From positions 1-64,000 of the forward strand of contig JBKBRF010000034.1 in the NCBI GenBank assembly GCA_046292385.1: a DNA stretch of 64,000 nucleotides, in the 5' to 3' direction. Positions within the stretch are counted from its first letter, which is position 1; the number at the start of each line of letters is the position of its first letter. Shown here piece by piece: positions 1 through 9,802 of the stretch. The notes beneath the pieces are model-generated. The model did no database searches, was not told where the DNA came from, and worked only from the letters and a program-made list of their open reading frames with translations. The position numbers and the translations under genes are program-made. This stretch comes from Armatimonadota bacterium. GTDB taxonomy: Bacteria; Armatimonadota; SYMT01.

Positions 1-75
1 GCCTCCTTCGCGCAAGCGAGCGATGCGGCAAAACCTTCCTGCGCCACCAGCGGCGTAACTTTACAGCGTGTGACA

Positions 76-168
76 CAAGCCACCGCACTCCACAGACTGC
101 ACCGAGGCCGTCTCCCTTTCGACGAGAGAGAATCTCTTCCGGGCTGGCCTGTGGAGTGCGAATGCTTG
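76..168. repeat. REP-like inverted repeat pair
   Basis: CGCACTCCACAG (84-95) and its exact reverse complement CTGTGGAGTGCG (149-160), extended by CAAGC/GCTTG after a 3-nt gap. Confidence 0.55.
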
Positions 169-385
169 CTTTCGCGCCCCGCGTCAGCGGGGCATCCGGC
201 GCAGCCTTCCGGTTTCGCCAACAGTATCTCTCCGCGGGCGTCCGCTTGATCGGGCAGCTACCGCGCAGGAGAACGGTGCCTGGTGCTGAACAGCACCGTG
301 GACTTTCTGCTACGCTCCTATCTGCGCCATCCCGTTCTCTAGCCCCCGCCCGGGACGCACTCCTCTCCCCAGAAACGGACCTTCG

Positions 386-1675
386 ATGCAGCTCGATCTC
401 GCCTGGATCTCCCTGGCGGCGCTTCTCGTCGTCATCGTCATCAGCTGCACGACGTCGGTCAACCCCGGCCTGCTGGCGTTGATCTTCGCCTGGTCGATCG
501 GGGTCTACCTGGGCCCGATGCTCGGCAAGGCGTTCACGGTGAAGGAGGTGATCGGCGGCTTCCCCGCGGATCTCTTCCTCACGCTGGTCGGGGTCACGCT
601 GCTCTTCACGATGGCGCAGGGGAACGGCACTCTGGAACGGATCGCCGGCTCGGCGGTGCGGCTCTGCCGGGGAAACGTGGCGGTGGTGCCGTTCATGTTC
701 TTCCTGCTGGCGCTGGTGCTCTCGACGATCGGCGCGGGGAACATCGCCGCCGCGGCACTGGTGGCCCCGATGGCGATGGCGGCCGCCGGGCGGATGGGGA
801 TTCCCGCCACGCTGATGGCGCTGATGGTGGGGCACGGCGCCATTGCCGGGGCGCTCTCCCCGTTTTCCCCCACCGGCATCGTCTCGAACGGTCTGATGGC
901 CAAGATGGGGCTGAGCGGGCACGAGTGGCAGAGCTACTTCCACAACCTCGTGCCGAACCTGGCGGTGGCGGGCGTGGCCTACCTCCTCTTCGGCGGCCGG
1001 ACCCTCCTGCGGGCAGCGGCCAAGCCGGCCCCGGCGGAACTGGCGGCAGAGCCGGCTGCCGCCGCTCCGAAGAAGCTAGAGAAGGCGCACTGGGCCACGC
1101 TGGCGGTGATCGGCCTCCTCATCCTGGGCGCGGTGCGCTTCGAGGTCCACGTCGGGATGGCTGCGTTCGCCGGGGCGGTGCTGCTCGCGGTGCTGAAGCT
1201 TGCCGACGAGAAGGAGGCGGTCAAGGCGATCCCCTGGGGAGTGATCGTCATGGTCTGCGGCGTTACCGTGCTCACCTCGCTGATGGAGAAGACCGGCGGG
1301 GTCGACCGCTTCAGCGACCTGATCGTCCGCTTCTCCAACGAGACTTCCGTCACCGGGGTCATCGCCTTCGTCACCGGGATCCTCTCCGTCTACAGCAGTA
1401 CCACCGGCGTGGTGCTCCCCGCCTTCCTTCCGAGCGTTCCGGGGCTGGTGGAGAAGCTGGGCGGCGGAGACGCGCTGGCGATCGCCTCTTCCATCAGCGT
1501 GGGCGGGAACATGGTCGACGTCTCGCCCCTTTCTACGATCGGGGCGCTCTGCGTCGCCTCGGTCGCCTGCGCGGAAGAGCGGCGGAAGGTCTTCAATCAA
1601 ATCCTGATCTGGGGCCTCTCGATGGCGGTCGCCGGCGCGCTCATCTGCTACGTCTGGTTCGGGCTCCTGCAATGA
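386..1675 (+). CDS. matC: SLC13/IT-superfamily dicarboxylate carrier (MatC-like malonate transporter)
   Basis: About 12 hydrophobic segments; motifs GFPADLFLTLVGVTLLF and DVSPLSTIGALC; ATGA overlap with downstream acyl-CoA synthetase. Confidence 0.75.
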   Translation: MQLDLAWISLAALLVVIVISCTTSVNPGLLALIFAWSIGVYLGPMLGKAFTVKEVIGGFPADLFLTLVGVTLLFTMAQGNGTLERIAGSAVRLCRGNVAVVPFMFFLLALVLSTIGAGNIAAAALVAPMAMAAAGRMGIPATLMALMVGHGAIAGALSPFSPTGIVSNGLMAKMGLSGHEWQSYFHNLVPNLAVAGVAYLLFGGRTLLRAAAKPAPAELAAEPAAAAPKKLEKAHWATLAVIGLLILGAVRFEVHVGMAAFAGAVLLAVLKLADEKEAVKAIPWGVIVMVCGVTVLTSLMEKTGGVDRFSDLIVRFSNETSVTGVIAFVTGILSVYSSTTGVVLPAFLPSVPGLVEKLGGGDALAIASSISVGGNMVDVSPLSTIGALCVASVACAEERRKVFNQILIWGLSMAVAGALICYVWFGLLQ

Positions 1676-3171
1676 CTTCTGCCTCTCTCCCTCTCTTCGA
1701 CCGGGCGCAGCGCTACGGCGCGCGGACCGCCATCACCACGCCGACCACCTCGTGCAGCTATGCGGAGCTGCTGGCCGGCTCGGCCGCCATCGCGGGCTGC
1801 CTCCTGGACGGTCGCGAGGACCTCCTAGAGGAGCGGGTCGCTTTTCTGGTCACTCCCGGAGCCGACTACGTCGCCGTGCAGTGGGGCATCTGGCGCGCGG
1901 GCGGGATCGCGGTACCGCTCTGTCTCTCCCACCCCGGGGCGGAGCTGGAGTACGTGGTCGAGGACTGCGGCGCCGCGGTGGTCGTGGCCGACGCCGCCCA
2001 CCTCGAGACGGCGCGGGAGCTCGCCGCCGTCCGCGGGATCCGCGCGCTTTCCGTGCGGGACGCTCGGGAGGGAGGTACGGCGGAGCTGCCCCGGATCGAG
2101 CCGTCGCGGCGCGCCCTGATTCTCTACACCAGCGGGACCACCAGCCGGCCGAAGGGGGTGGTGACGACGCACGCCAACATCGAAGCGCAGGTCACGGCGC
2201 TGGTGGAGGCGTGGGAGTGGAGCGAGGACGACCGGATCCTCCACTTCCTGCCGCTCCACCACATCCACGGCATCATCAACGTCCTCACCTGCGCGCTCTG
2301 GAGCGGCGCCTGCTGCCGGATGCTGCCCAGGTTCGACGCGGCCGGGGTCTGGCAGGAGCTCCTCACCCAGCCGCTCACGCTCTTCATGGCGGTGCCGACC
2401 ATCTACCACCGGCTGATCGCCGCCTGGCGGGAAGCGGCGCCGGAGAGCCAGCGGGAGATGTCGGCCGCGTGCCGGCGACTCCGCCTGATGGTTTCCGGCT
2501 CCGCCGCGCTCCCGGTGAGCACCCTGGAGGCGTGGCGCGAGATCAGCGGGCACGTGCTGCTGGAGCGGTATGGAATGACGGAGATCGGGATGGGGCTCTC
2601 CAACCCGCTCCGGGGAGAGCGGCGGCCGGGCCACGTGGGGGTGCCGCTCCCGGGCGTGGAAGTCCGGCTGGTGGACGAGGCGGGCGCGCCCGTTCCGCCG
2701 GGCACCCCGGGCGAGATCGAGGTCCGGGGCCCGGCCGTCTTCCGGGAATACTGGAACCGGCCGGAGGCGACCGCCGCCGCGTTCCGGGACGGCTGGTTCC
2801 GCACCGGCGACGTCGCCGCGCTCGAGGGCGGCAGCTACCGCATCCTCGGACGCAGCAGCGTCGACATCATCAAGACCGGCGGCTACAAAGTCTCGGCGCT
2901 GGAGATCGAAGAGGTGCTGCGGACGCACCCTGCGATCGCGGAATGCGCGGTGGTCGGCCTGGAAGATCCGGAGTGGGGCGAGCGGGTCGGCGCGGCGCTG
3001 GTCCTTCCGCCGGCGGCGACCCTTACGCTGGCGGAGCTGCGGGAATGGTGCCGGCCGCGGCTCGCCCCCTACAAGATCCCGACCCGGCTCCTGCTTCTGG
3101 ATGAGCTTCCTCGCAACGCGATGGGCAAGGTTACCAAGCCCGCCGTCGTCCATGCCTTCCCGGGCAGCTAA
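1672..3171 (+). CDS. matB: Acyl-CoA synthetase, malonyl-CoA synthetase (MatB/ACSF3)-like
   Basis: AMP-binding motif YTSGTTSRPKG, ERYGMTEIGM, GWFRTGD, PRNAMGK; true start ATG 1672 overlaps upstream stop (ORF-track start 925 is spurious). Confidence 0.8.
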   Translation: MTSASLPLFDRAQRYGARTAITTPTTSCSYAELLAGSAAIAGCLLDGREDLLEERVAFLVTPGADYVAVQWGIWRAGGIAVPLCLSHPGAELEYVVEDCGAAVVVADAAHLETARELAAVRGIRALSVRDAREGGTAELPRIEPSRRALILYTSGTTSRPKGVVTTHANIEAQVTALVEAWEWSEDDRILHFLPLHHIHGIINVLTCALWSGACCRMLPRFDAAGVWQELLTQPLTLFMAVPTIYHRLIAAWREAAPESQREMSAACRRLRLMVSGSAALPVSTLEAWREISGHVLLERYGMTEIGMGLSNPLRGERRPGHVGVPLPGVEVRLVDEAGAPVPPGTPGEIEVRGPAVFREYWNRPEATAAAFRDGWFRTGDVAALEGGSYRILGRSSVDIIKTGGYKVSALEIEEVLRTHPAIAECAVVGLEDPEWGERVGAALVLPPAATLTLAELREWCRPRLAPYKIPTRLLLLDELPRNAMGKVTKPAVVHAFPGS

Positions 3172-3437
3172 CGCCTCCACCCGCTCCCGGCGGGGATCCG
3201 ATCGCCGCGCCGATTCGAGGAGCCGCGCGCTCTCCAGGGAGGAGCCGCGGCCTGCACGCGCGCGCTCGGCTCCTGCATCTCTGGTAGCGGGCGTCGCTCG
3301 CCGGGGATCGGCCCGCGGCTCTGCGACTCGGATCTCCCGGCTCCCCGGCAAAAGCCCTCCAACACCGGGAAGGCGCGGCGGCGGGCGGTGATAAGATAAC
3401 GCGTCGTCCGCCCCATTCCGAGGAGAGGCTTGTTCCG

Positions 3438-4595
3438 ATGCCGCAGAAGTCGCTGTTGATGATCCCGGGCCCGACGCCGGTCCCGGAAGAGGTTCTTCGT
3501 GCGCTCTCGCACCCGATGATCAACCACCGGGGGCCGGAGTATATCGCGATGCAGCGGGAGCTGATCGCCGGGCTCCAGCAGGCTTACCAGACGGAGAACG
3601 AGGTCCAGATCTTCCCGGCGGCCGGCACCGGCGGCCTGGAAGCGGCCCTGGTGAACGTGCTCTCTCCCGGAGATCGGGTAGTAGCGGTGCCGATGGGCTC
3701 CTTCGGCGCCCGGTTCGCGGAGATCGCGGAGGTCTACGGGGCCGACGTCCGGCGCCTGGAAGTGGAGTGGGGGAAGGCGGCGCGTCCGGAAGAACTGGCC
3801 GCCGTGCTGCGGGAAGAGCCGAACGTGAAGGCGGTCCTGCTCACCCACAACGAGACCTCCACCGGCGTGCTGGTCGACGTCGCCGCGCTCGCCCGCACGG
3901 TGCGGGAGATCCGGCCGGACGCGCTGGTGCTGGTCGACTCGATCAGCGGCATGCTCGCCGCCGACATGCGGCCGGACGAGTGGGACCTCGACGTGGTGGT
4001 GGCCGGCAGCCAGAAGGCGTGGCAGATCCCGCCCGGCCTGACCTTCCTCTCCATCTCGGAGCGGGCCTGGGCCGCGCACCGGCAGGCGAAGATGCCGCGC
4101 TTCTATTTCGACTTCACCCGGATGCACAAGTCGATGGAGACGGGCCAGACGCCGTACACCCCGGCGCTGCCCCAGCTCTTCGGACTTCAGGTTTCGCTCC
4201 GCCGGATCCTGGCCGAGGGAGTCCCTGCCAGCGTGAAGCGCCACAGCCGGATGGCGGAGGCGACCCGCGCGGCGGTGCGGACGCTCGGCCTGGAGCTGTT
4301 CGCGGAGGAAGGCTTCTACAGCAACTCGCTCACCGCGGTCCGCGTCCCGGAAGGGATCGACGTGAAGGAGCTCCGCGGCCGAATGCGCGGCGAAGGCGTC
4401 GTCGTGGCGGGCGGCCAGGGCAAGATCAAGGAGAAGGTGTTCCGGCTGGGGCACCTGGGCTACGTGGACGACAACGACGTGATCGCCATGCTCGGCGCGC
4501 TGGAGCGGGTGCTGGTCTCCTACGGCCGCCCGGTGGAGCTGGGCGCGGGCGTGGCGGCGGCGCAGCAGGTGCTGACCGGCCCGGCGGGAGAATGA
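3438..4595 (+). CDS. Class V PLP aminotransferase (alanine-glyoxylate/serine-pyruvate type; probably supplies SerC-like activity)
   Basis: MIPGPTPVP, HNETSTG, GSQKA PLP lysine, FRLGHLG; coupled to serA. Confidence 0.9.
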   Translation: MPQKSLLMIPGPTPVPEEVLRALSHPMINHRGPEYIAMQRELIAGLQQAYQTENEVQIFPAAGTGGLEAALVNVLSPGDRVVAVPMGSFGARFAEIAEVYGADVRRLEVEWGKAARPEELAAVLREEPNVKAVLLTHNETSTGVLVDVAALARTVREIRPDALVLVDSISGMLAADMRPDEWDLDVVVAGSQKAWQIPPGLTFLSISERAWAAHRQAKMPRFYFDFTRMHKSMETGQTPYTPALPQLFGLQVSLRRILAEGVPASVKRHSRMAEATRAAVRTLGLELFAEEGFYSNSLTAVRVPEGIDVKELRGRMRGEGVVVAGGQGKIKEKVFRLGHLGYVDDNDVIAMLGALERVLVSYGRPVELGAGVAAAQQVLTGPAGE

Positions 4596-6199
4596 GCGTG
4601 GAGCAGCAAGAGGGAACGAAGCGGCATCGCGTGCTGGTAGCCGACCCGATCTCCAAGAAGGGGGTCGAGCTGCTGGAGCAGGCGGCGGACGTAGAGGTCT
4701 CGACCGGCCTCACTGCGGAGCAGCTGATCGCGAAGATTCCGGACTTCGACGCGCTGGTGGTCCGCAGCGAGACGAAGGTGACCGAGCCGGTCTTCGCCGC
4801 GGCGAAGCGGCTCAAGATCGTCGGCCGCGCGGGGGTGGGGGTCGATAACATCGACGTCTCCGCCGCCACGAAGGCGGGCGTGATCGTGGTCAACTCCCCC
4901 GAGGGGAACACCATCGCCGCCGCGGAGCATACCACTGCGATGCTGATGGCGGTCGCCCGCCGGATTCCGGACGCGGTCAACTCGCTCCGCCACGAGGAGT
5001 GGAAGCGGAGCAAGTTCGTCGGCGTCGAGGTCTACAACAAGACGATCGGCGTGGTCGGACTCGGCAAGATCGGGCGGGAAGTGGCCAAGCGCTGCAAGGG
5101 CCTCGGCATGCGGGTCCTGGCGTTCGACGCCTTCGTCGCCGCCGACGTGGCGCGCCGCGACGGCGTGGAGATGGTCGACCTGCCGGAGCTGTACCAGCGG
5201 TCCGACTTCATCACGGTCCACACGCCGCTGACCCGCGACACCCGGGGGATAATCAATGACGAGGCGTTCGCGCAGATGAAGGACGGCGTCCGCATCCTGA
5301 ACTGCGCGCGCGGTGGGATCATCGACGAAGAAGCGCTCCTCCGCGCGCTGGAGAGCGGAAAGGTCGCCGCGGCGGCGCTCGACGTCTTCGAGAAGGAGCC
5401 CCCGACCGACTTCCGGCTGGTCCACCATCCGCACGTGATCGCCACGCCGCACCTTGGCGCCTCCACGGAAGAAGCGCAGGTCAACGTGGCGCTCGACGTG
5501 GCGGAGCAGATCGTCGCGGTGCTCGACGGCCAGCCGCCGCGCGCTGCGGTGAACATGCCGGCCGTGAGCGCCGACCTGCTGGCGCGGCTCTCTCCGCACC
5601 TGGAGCTCGGCACCAAGATCGGCCGGCTGCACGCGCAGCTCGCCGAGAGCCCGATCACGGCGGTCTCCGTCACCTACGGCGGAGAGCTGCTCGACCTGGA
5701 CGTGCAGCCGGTGACGCGCAGCGTGCTGGTCGGGCTGCTGCAGCCGATGCTGGCGGAAGGCGTGAACTTCGTCAACGCTCCGTATATCGCGGAGCAGCGC
5801 GGGGTCCGCGTGACGGAGAGCAAGACCGCGGGCGAGGACGACCTGCCGAACTACATCTGCGTGGAAGTGCAGGAAGAGAGCGGCACGCACACCATCAGCG
5901 GCACCGTGCTGGGGCGGCGTGACCTCCGCATCCGGGAGATCGACGACTTCCACATCGACCTGCGCCCGGAAGGCTACCTGCTCTTCGCGCGGCACACCGA
6001 CCGGCCCGGCATCATTGGCCTGGTAGGCACCATGCTGGGGGATGCCGGGATCAACATCGCCGGGATGTACGTGGGCCGCGAGGCCGCCGGGCGCCGCGCG
6101 ATCATGGTGCTGACCGTGGACGAGGCGGTGCCGGAAGAGCTGCTGAACCGGATCCAGGAGGCGATCGAGGCGGACCAGGTGCGCCTGGTCGACCTTTAG
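4592..6199 (+). CDS. serA: D-3-phosphoglycerate dehydrogenase with ASB and ACT domains
   Basis: GRAGVGVDNID, GLGKIG, NCARGGII, TPHLGAST, C-terminal DRPGIIG...INIA; ATG 4592 overlaps upstream TGA. Confidence 0.95.
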   Translation: MSVEQQEGTKRHRVLVADPISKKGVELLEQAADVEVSTGLTAEQLIAKIPDFDALVVRSETKVTEPVFAAAKRLKIVGRAGVGVDNIDVSAATKAGVIVVNSPEGNTIAAAEHTTAMLMAVARRIPDAVNSLRHEEWKRSKFVGVEVYNKTIGVVGLGKIGREVAKRCKGLGMRVLAFDAFVAADVARRDGVEMVDLPELYQRSDFITVHTPLTRDTRGIINDEAFAQMKDGVRILNCARGGIIDEEALLRALESGKVAAAALDVFEKEPPTDFRLVHHPHVIATPHLGASTEEAQVNVALDVAEQIVAVLDGQPPRAAVNMPAVSADLLARLSPHLELGTKIGRLHAQLAESPITAVSVTYGGELLDLDVQPVTRSVLVGLLQPMLAEGVNFVNAPYIAEQRGVRVTESKTAGEDDLPNYICVEVQEESGTHTISGTVLGRRDLRIREIDDFHIDLRPEGYLLFARHTDRPGIIGLVGTMLGDAGINIAGMYVGREAAGRRAIMVLTVDEAVPEELLNRIQEAIEADQVRLVDL

Positions 6200-6216
6200 C
6201 GGGATGATCGGCGGCA

Positions 6217-6274
6217 CTGGAGCGTGCGACTGAAGTCGACGCTCCAGAGGGCGAAGCCCGCCTGCGCGGGCTGA
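6217..6274. repeat. REP-like double hairpin after serA
   Basis: CTGGAGCGT..ACGCTCCAG stem with central TGAA, followed by AGCCCGC-CTGC-GCGGGCT hairpin. Confidence 0.6.
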
Positions 6275-6325
6275 GGGGTGCCGGGGTTCCGGCCCGTCGC
6301 TTGCAACAGCCTGGTATTGCAACTG

Positions 6326-6402
6326 AGTAGGTGGGGAAGAGTGGGAGAGCCGCTGCCGTAAGCGGACTCTCCCATTCTCCATTTCTCCCATTCACCCACT
6401 CT
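6326..6402. repeat. Octamer-array inverted-repeat element (copy A)
   Basis: Purine-rich arm, core GGAGAGCCGCTGCCGTAAGCGG, then CTCCCATT-type 8-mers. Confidence 0.6.
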
Positions 6403-6423
6403 TTTAGTTTCCGGAGAGGTATC

Positions 6424-7836
6424 GTGCCGGAGAACGGGCAGAGTCCAGATCGTGCCGAAGTGGTGCCCGGCGAGCCGACTACCGGACGGAGGGCGCCGCT
6501 TCCGGCGCTGAAGAAGCGCGCCCGGATCGGCGCCAAGCAGGTGGTTCGCCGGCAGGTTCCGGGGGGAGCGCGACAGGCGTTCCGGGTCGACCTGATCGCG
6601 ATGCTCCTGGCGGGCCTCTACACCGGCGCCGTTTTCCCGTTCCTGCCGCTCATCGCGCGCGAGCAGCTCGGCGCCTCCGCTACCGTCATCGCCATCCTCA
6701 CGGCGGCGCCGTTCCTCGGCAACCTGATGGCGCTCTTCTGGGCGCGGGCGATGGAAGGGAAGCGGAAGGTCCCGTTCGTGCTCTGGTCGCACCTGGGCGC
6801 CCGCGGGATCGTGCTGACCTCCGTCTTCGCCTCGACCGCGCTCCCGTTCGTGGCGGTGATGTCGGCCTGCCAGATCGTCGGGACGATCGCGACGCCGGCG
6901 TACGCGGCGATCATCAAAGACGTCTACCCGGACTCCCAGCGCGGGCGGATCCTGAGCATCACGCGCGCCGCGATCCTGTTCGCGCAGGTGGCGGCGACCC
7001 TCCTCGCCGGCTGGCTGATGACGTTCATCAGCTACCGCTACGTCTTCCCGGTGGCGGCGCTGATCGGCATCGCCTCCGCGCTCGTCTTCTCCCGGATCAA
7101 TCCGAACGAAGCGATCGACGTGGCCCCGTCGGAGCCGGAAGGGGAGGTCCCCGGGAAGGCGGTCCGCGAGTCGCTCGGCACGCGCCTCCGCGAGACCGCG
7201 CTCTTCATCTGGGGCACGCTCGGCATCCTGCGCGAGGACGTCGCCTACCGCTGGTTCGCGCTTTCGGTCTTCACCTACGGCTTCGGCAACCTGATGACGC
7301 AGCCGATCATCCCGCTGATCCAGGTGGACGAGCTGAAGATCGACACCGGACAGCTCGCAATCCTGGCGAACGTGATGCAGGGCGTCGCGATCTCCGCCTA
7401 CTTCTACTGGGGGCGGTACGTCGACCGCCGCAGCCCGCAGCGAGCGGTGGTGGTGAACATCCTGCTCAACTGCCTGATCCCGGTCGTGTACATCGCCACC
7501 GCGTTCATCCCCGGCGCCAGCGCGTGGCACCTGGTACCCGCCTACATCCTCTCCGGCGTGGTGCTGGCGGGGATCGACATGTCGTACTTCAACGCGCTGC
7601 TCACGTTCGCCGGCCCGGAGAACGTCTCCCGCTACCAGGCGCTGCAGTCGTTCCTCCTCGGCGTCCGCGGCACGATCGCGCCGTTCGTCGGCGGCTGGCT
7701 GGTGCGCGTCTTCCGCGGCAATGGGCACGACCTCCGCTGGGTCTTCGCGATCGGACTGGTCTTCATGGTGGTCGGCGCCGTGATGCAGCTCGTCGCCACC
7801 CGGCGGCAGGAAGCTGCGCTAGCGGGTAGCGTTTAG
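6424..7836 (+). CDS. MFS transporter
   Basis: Two sets of about 6 TM helices, RGRILS and WGRYVDRR motif-A-like loops; GTG 6424 follows GGAGAGG. Confidence 0.85.
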   Translation: MPENGQSPDRAEVVPGEPTTGRRAPLPALKKRARIGAKQVVRRQVPGGARQAFRVDLIAMLLAGLYTGAVFPFLPLIAREQLGASATVIAILTAAPFLGNLMALFWARAMEGKRKVPFVLWSHLGARGIVLTSVFASTALPFVAVMSACQIVGTIATPAYAAIIKDVYPDSQRGRILSITRAAILFAQVAATLLAGWLMTFISYRYVFPVAALIGIASALVFSRINPNEAIDVAPSEPEGEVPGKAVRESLGTRLRETALFIWGTLGILREDVAYRWFALSVFTYGFGNLMTQPIIPLIQVDELKIDTGQLAILANVMQGVAISAYFYWGRYVDRRSPQRAVVVNILLNCLIPVVYIATAFIPGASAWHLVPAYILSGVVLAGIDMSYFNALLTFAGPENVSRYQALQSFLLGVRGTIAPFVGGWLVRVFRGNGHDLRWVFAIGLVFMVVGAVMQLVATRRQEAALAGSV

Positions 7837-7999
7837 GGTGTAGGTCTGTGAAGACGGAGACTGCTACGCGGCTGGCCGTGCGCTCCGTCGCGCGGGCACG
7901 GGCCGAGCAAGATCGACAGCCCACCGCTGACGAACTCTTCACGAATTGCGCACCAGCCCCCCGGAAGACCTACACGCTACACCCTAAACGCTACACCCT
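7826..7999. repeat. Heptamer-array inverted-repeat element (copy D)
   Basis: GTAGCGTTTAGGGTGTAGGTCT on the left; AGACC-TACACGC-TACACCC-TAAACGC-TACACCC on the right (complementary heptamers) around about 120 bp. Confidence 0.7.
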
Positions 8000-8052
8000 C
8001 GCTATGCGTGTAAACTGAGCGTGTCCCTACCACGAATGGGAGCGGAGGCCGC

Positions 8053-8853
8053 GTGCGAATCCTGATTACGAATGATGACGGCGTGCATGCCGAGGGGCTG
8101 CTGGCGCTGAAGCGGGCGCTGGAGCCGGTGGCGGAGGTGACGGTGGTGGCGCCGGACCGGCCGCGCTCCGCCTGCGGGCACAGCATCACGCTGCACAAGC
8201 CGCTGCGCCTTTCGGAGGCGCGCCTGGCCGACGGCAGCCGCGCGTGGTGCTCCAACGGGACGCCGTCCGACTGCGTCACCCTGGCACTGCTCGACGTGAT
8301 GCGCGGCGCGCCACCAGACCTGATCTTCTCCGGGATCAACCAGGGCCCGAACCTTGGCTGGGACCTCACCTACAGCGGCACCGTCTCCGCGGCGATGGAG
8401 GGGGTGATCGGCGGCGTACAGTCGGTCGCGATCTCCGTGGCATGGCGCTTCCGCCGGGTGGTGGAGGAAGAAGAAGGGCCCCCGCCGCCGCTCGACTACG
8501 GTCCCGCCGCGGAGTATGCCGCCCAGCTTGCCCGTCACCTGGCGCAGCACCCGCTGCCGGAGCACGTGCTGCTGAACGTCAACGTGCCGCACACCGTGCC
8601 GAACGGCGCCCGCATCACCCGCCAGGGCGTGCGGCGCTATCCGGGAAAGCTGGAGAAGCGGGTTGACCCGATGGGCCGCGCCTACTTCTGGCTCGGCGGC
8701 GACGAGCCGGTCGACCTCCACGAAGAGGGGACTGACGTGGCGGCGATCTCGGACGGCTGCATCTCGGTGACGCCGATCCAGCTCGACCTGACCGACCACC
8801 GCCTGCGCGAGCGCTTCGTGCGCGAGGGGCTCCCGGGAGTGGAGTGCCGGTGA
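8053..8853 (+). CDS. surE: 5'/3'-nucleotidase SurE
   Basis: ILITNDDG, GTPSDCV, SGINQGPNLG, YSGTVSAAMEG. Confidence 0.97.
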   Translation: MRILITNDDGVHAEGLLALKRALEPVAEVTVVAPDRPRSACGHSITLHKPLRLSEARLADGSRAWCSNGTPSDCVTLALLDVMRGAPPDLIFSGINQGPNLGWDLTYSGTVSAAMEGVIGGVQSVAISVAWRFRRVVEEEEGPPPPLDYGPAAEYAAQLARHLAQHPLPEHVLLNVNVPHTVPNGARITRQGVRRYPGKLEKRVDPMGRAYFWLGGDEPVDLHEEGTDVAAISDGCISVTPIQLDLTDHRLRERFVREGLPGVECR

Positions 8854-9479
8854 TCGGCTCCACTTCCACGCGCGGGCTGCTGCTCCTGACCCTCCTCGGC
8901 CTGCAGGTCTGCGCGCTCGCCGCGCCGCCGCCGCTGGTCCGCATCCAGAAGATCGATCCGAAGATTCGAGTCGAGCTGAAGTACAACACGGCGGACAACG
9001 CCTTCAAGCAGCGCTTCTACCGGAGCGGAGTGGCCCTGCTCCGCGAGCCGGTGGCGCGGCGCCTCTCCCGCGTGCAGAGGCGGCTGGAGAAGCAGGGGCT
9101 GGGGCTGAAGGTCTGGGACGCCTACCGTCCCACCTCCGTCCAGTGGGCGCTCTGGCGGGCGAAGCCGGGGACCCGGTACCTGAGCAACCCCGCGAAGGGC
9201 GGCAGCAAGCACAGCCGCGGGGCGGCGGTCGACGTCACGCTGGTCGACCGAGACGGCCGCGAGCTGAAGCTGCCGACCCCACACGACGAGTTCAGCGCCC
9301 GCGCCCACCGCGGAGCGACGAAGGGCGTGACCCCGCTGGCGCAGAAGAACGCGCGGATCCTCGACGCGGCGATGCGGGCGGAGGGCTGGATCGCCAACAA
9401 GTACGAGTGGTGGCACTTCAGCGACCCCAACTGGCGCCGCTATCCCCTCACCGACACCCCACTCCCACGCGATCCGTGA
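8850..9479 (+). CDS. ddpX: D-Ala-D-Ala dipeptidase (M15D), with signal peptide
   Basis: VWDAYRP, SKHSRGAAVDVTL, EWWHF; GTGA overlap with surE. Confidence 0.9.
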   Translation: MIGSTSTRGLLLLTLLGLQVCALAAPPPLVRIQKIDPKIRVELKYNTADNAFKQRFYRSGVALLREPVARRLSRVQRRLEKQGLGLKVWDAYRPTSVQWALWRAKPGTRYLSNPAKGGSKHSRGAAVDVTLVDRDGRELKLPTPHDEFSARAHRGATKGVTPLAQKNARILDAAMRAEGWIANKYEWWHFSDPNWRRYPLTDTPLPRDP

Positions 9480-9612
9480 CGCCCGGCAGCTCCTCCGATG
9501 GAAGGCACCGGCGGTTCCGCAGTGCCTTCTTCTGCCCGCGGCGGCAGGGCGGCGGCGCGTAGATTCCGGTAACCGCACCGGATTCTGAGGAAGACTCCTG
9601 GTCGCGCAATAG

Positions 9613-9802
9613 TATAATGGTTCTGGCACTCACCACCACCGCCTCATCCCTTTCTGTGTCCGAGGCGGCTAATAGGGCGCGAGCGGCCGGGGAGAAACCT
9701 CCCGGGAAGCACGGGCTCCGTTCGGTGGAGATGAAAGACGAGGTGGGCGGGAACCTGCTTCCAGCAGGAGCTTGTCCGCAACGCGAGAAAGGAAGATACC
9801 GC
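9613..9802 (+). promoter_or_regulatory. Putative -10 box and long structured 5' leader of the antiporter
   Basis: TATAAT at 9613-9618 about 185 nt before ATG 9803; several hairpins in between. Confidence 0.4.

Noticed and set aside
925..1671. N-terminal extensions in the ORF track (925 acyl-CoA synthetase, 3767 serA, 43583 ligC, 16843 DUF2314)
   Set aside because: They overlap real upstream genes in another frame; internal starts with stop-start overlap or RBS fit better
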